Assembly: GCF_006345805.1 (NCBI RefSeq)
Contig: NW_021836933.1
Span: forward strand, 1 to 22,855
Length of the DNA stretch: 22,855 bases
Reading direction: 5' to 3'
From: Octopus sinensis
Lineage: Eukaryota
Position 1 is the first letter of the stretch, and every line of letters starts with the position of its first letter. Of this stretch, positions 20,015 through 22,855 are shown in pieces. The notes below the pieces were generated by a model that worked only from the letters and a program-made list of their open reading frames with translations, was not told where the DNA came from and did no database searches. A program made the position numbers and the translations under genes.

Positions 20015-20674
20015 ATGTTCAGCTTTTACCATGCTGACCTCGGTATGAAAGTCCAATTTTGTTAGAAACCGCTGGTATTTTAAGTCTAATTCATCATAGG
20101 AAAAGCCATGTTCTTGAATGTATATTAATGTATCGATTGAAAGCTGCTGCCGCTGATTCCGTGTTATTCTGCGAAGCATGCAATTCCGCTGAAGGGGGCA
20201 CCTTTGATCATTATATACCATCCATCAGATTTCAGCTAAGCTCACGCGCCAGCAAACAGTAAATGTCGAAATTCCCCTGCACGCAACAAACTTGCTCTGA
20301 AAACAAAGACATTTTTCAACAATAAATCATATTGTTCGGATGCAGGTTTGAGGCACGGAAAAAGAAACTGAAAGCAACTCCCTAAATGTAACATGAAACA
20401 ATTTTTTCTCCTCTCTTCAATGGCCAGGAGGAGAATCCCTCCTAAAATCAAACGGCGCGTCCCAAGGGATTCTGAATCAACCAATGAAAGAGTGTTGCTC
20501 ATTTGGAACACATAAATATAACATAATATATTGAAAACAAATATATATAATACATATATTGAAAACTGTTTGGCCAAAGGTTACACTTGTGAAATCGAAG
20601 AACTGAAAGACATTTTAAACAAAAGTGAATCTGAATGTACATACGGCCTCAAACAAACAGTCGTTCCTGACGTG

Positions 20675-21640
20675 GCAACATGGTAAGTTGCTAACGAAAT
20701 TAGAAAGAGCGGGAAAATACAATTAAGTCAAAACTAGAAGTCTGCAGAAGTGACTAAATATGTGGAAAGAATATTTCGCAGATCTCTGTGCATTTTCTGA
20801 TGAACCGTTGGAAATTTCTATTAAGCATGGTCTTGACAGTAAACTTTGTAATTTCACACCTAGATGAATTCGATGAATTCACTAACGTACTGAAAATGAT
20901 AAACAAAATAGGCAGCTGAATTTGGTATAATATAGCCAGAAGCTTGGAAAAAAGAGGTCTACAATAAACTCTGCTTCAATATTCTGATGTAATTTACAAT
21001 TAAAACACAACCGAAAAGTTGTATGAGGGTTGTAATTGCTTCTCCAAGAAAGGTTATTTCGGTGTGGCTTCAAATTATAAAATTTACTTTTAAAGTGAGC
21101 AGGAGTATTTGCATCAAAGTGTTGATGTACAAGAAACTGAGACGCCTTTACGAAGGAACCAAAATAGTTTCAGGCAAAATGGTTCGGGTGGGAGGATCTT
21201 AGTAGCAAGAACAATCAATCAATTGTTTGTAGACTTTGCCAGTCCTGTCGACTAATTCACCAAAACAAAAAAAAAAAAGAGAAAAAAGGAAAAATAGCGC
21301 AAATTCTTCTTACAAACGGATTATCTCAAGAATTAATAAAGATAGTAATGACAAAAACAAGAACTAATGTACGATCAGTGGACGGATAAGACGATTTATT
21401 TAACATCATTAATGATGTCTTGCCAGGTGATACATTTCAAACATTCCTGTTCGTCATCTGTAAATGCTATGTCCACACATCAATTGACAAAATGGAAGAA
21501 ATCGGTTTAAATAACAAAATTTCACTTCCAACCATAACACAGGTTGTCTTATGATATCAATGTCTTTGAAGATACCATCTCAGAAACTGTTACCCTTCTA
21601 CAAGGCCTTCTGAAAGTAGGAGTGGATATTGGTCATTATA
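20675..21640 (+). mobile_element. Heavily decayed RTE-clade LINE reverse transcriptase fragment
   Basis: Colinear frameshifted peptides ATW*VANEIRKSGK, AAEFGII*PEAWK, EGCNCFSKKGYFGVASNY, PLRRNQNSFRQN (21145), LFVDF (21223), VRSVDG, VLPGDT..FLFVIC (21417) and YDINVFEDTISE..LL (decayed YADD region). The order matches RTE-type RT motifs. Confidence 0.8.
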
Positions 21641-21643
21641 TAC

Positions 21644-21695
<52 letters not shown>

Positions 21696-21717
21696 GTGTG
21701 TGTGCATATATATATAC
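21638..21717. repeat. (TACA)n/(TA)n/(TG)n microsatellite
   Basis: Seen directly. Confidence 0.95.
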
Positions 21718-21796
21718 AGATAAGGAAATAATTTTATTTCTCAAACGCAGGATAAAGCTAATAATATAGCATGAACAGGATAAACTATCCATATTT

Positions 21797-21867
21797 TACA
21801 GCCATGAGACTCGAACTCATATCTCTGTGATTACGCGTCAAGTGCTTTACCATTGAGCTAAACTGCC
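21797..21867 (-). pseudogene. tRNA-Thr(CGT)-like relic (pseudogene or SINE head)
   Basis: Perfect T arm ATGAG-TTCGAGT-CTCAT; D arm TAGCTCAATGGTAAAGC; anticodon CGT at 21835-21833. Position 33 is G, only 3/5 anticodon-stem pairs form, and the acceptor stem is imperfect. Confidence 0.7.
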
Positions 21868-21961
21868 CGGCGACAAATTCGTCTGTAAAATTACGATATA
21901 TAAATCTAGCTTTGTTGACTTTCAACGTAAGTGGAATTTAACCTACGATAGCGTCTTATAT

Positions 21962-22261
21962 GGCATTAGTATTCGAGACGTCACCAGGGCAGAATTCCGT
22001 GTCCATACAGAAATAGCGAGCGAAGGTTTTTACTGGATGACTGACCTGTGTACATTCATGCTTGTGTGTCGGGTGTCATATATATACGTGCTTCAAAGTG
22101 TGAATACAATTATTACAATCACGAAGACTCAATAAGCACACTATGGACACCTGAGACCCCAGCATGAATGTACGCAGATCAGTTATCCAGTTAAAACCTT
22201 CACCCGCTAGCTCTGTGTGGACACGGAATTCTACCCTGGTGACGACTCGAATACTAATGTC
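21962..22261. repeat. Inverted repeat IR3: 101-bp arms 21962-22062 and 22161-22261 (MITE/fold-back-like)
   Basis: Ungapped reverse-complement alignment with 12 mismatches in 101 bp; weaker similarity extends inward to about 22080/22142. Confidence 0.9.
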
Positions 22262-22855
22262 GTATCATGACCGGAGGCGGAATCGTTCCAGTCGGGTAAA
22301 TCTGAGCCAGCTGTACAAGATGATACTTGTAGCAATCCGTACAATAATTGCAGGTATTTAGCTAAAGGGAAAAGGATTTAAGGAATTTGACTAGAAATGT
22401 GTCTGAGCCTAGTTTCTTTCAATTAAAAATTGAATTTGATCGAAATTTCAAAAAAAAAAAAAAATGTTTTTCACTTTTCAACTTTACTCTTTAAAAAAAT
22501 AGTGCATGTTCTTGTTATTGAGTTTTATTGACATTTTTATAGTTTTTTTAGGCGATAATCCTTTTTCAAGCATAAAACCATATACCTCTTCTCATGTCAG
22601 CGTCGCTTTTTTCCGAACAAAACTGCTCCATAAGAACTTCCAGTTGGTTTTGTTAATATTTTGTATGGAATATTGAAGCCGTGTTCCTGCTTCTGTCAAT
22701 TTACCAGGCGTGAAATTAAATAAAATAACCAACAATATATATATACAATGTATATACGGTGTATAACAAAATGTAAGAAATTACGGCTGGAGGGAATGAA
22801 TGATTGCGATGCATAAATGAATAATAACATATTGGCAAAATAATCTAGCAAATTG

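Noticed and set aside
20560-20688. Open frame ending at a strong donor ATG|GTAAGT (20683)
   Set aside because: No acceptor upstream, and the site overlaps the start of the RTE relic (ATW*VANE).
20797-20820. CTGATGA-ACCGTTG-GAAA as a hammerhead
   Set aside because: No stem II pairing; lies within decayed RTE coding sequence.

Overview
AT-rich, microsatellite-dense eukaryotic non-coding DNA (intergenic or deep intronic). The repeat families look like those of octopus genomes; this is recognised from memory and not verified by search. No intact protein-coding gene is supported. Contents: (i) three tRNA-derived SINE families, labelled A, B and C here. Family B includes a five-unit 184-bp head-to-tail array, and all three C copies keep target-site duplications. 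(ii) Decayed LINE fragments of three clades: R4/Dong (twice), CR1-group and RTE. (iii) Three long inverted repeats. The largest (7045-7764) carries a complete minimal type I hammerhead ribozyme motif with a compensatory U3-A8 core, pointing to a Penelope-like element. (iv) A tRNA-Thr-like relic and many simple repeats. The most notable observations are the hammerhead-bearing fold-back element and the concatemeric SINE, whose identical junction occurs at two independent loci. Homopolymer-indel differences between near-identical repeats suggest residual long-read errors, so single-base details need read-level checks.
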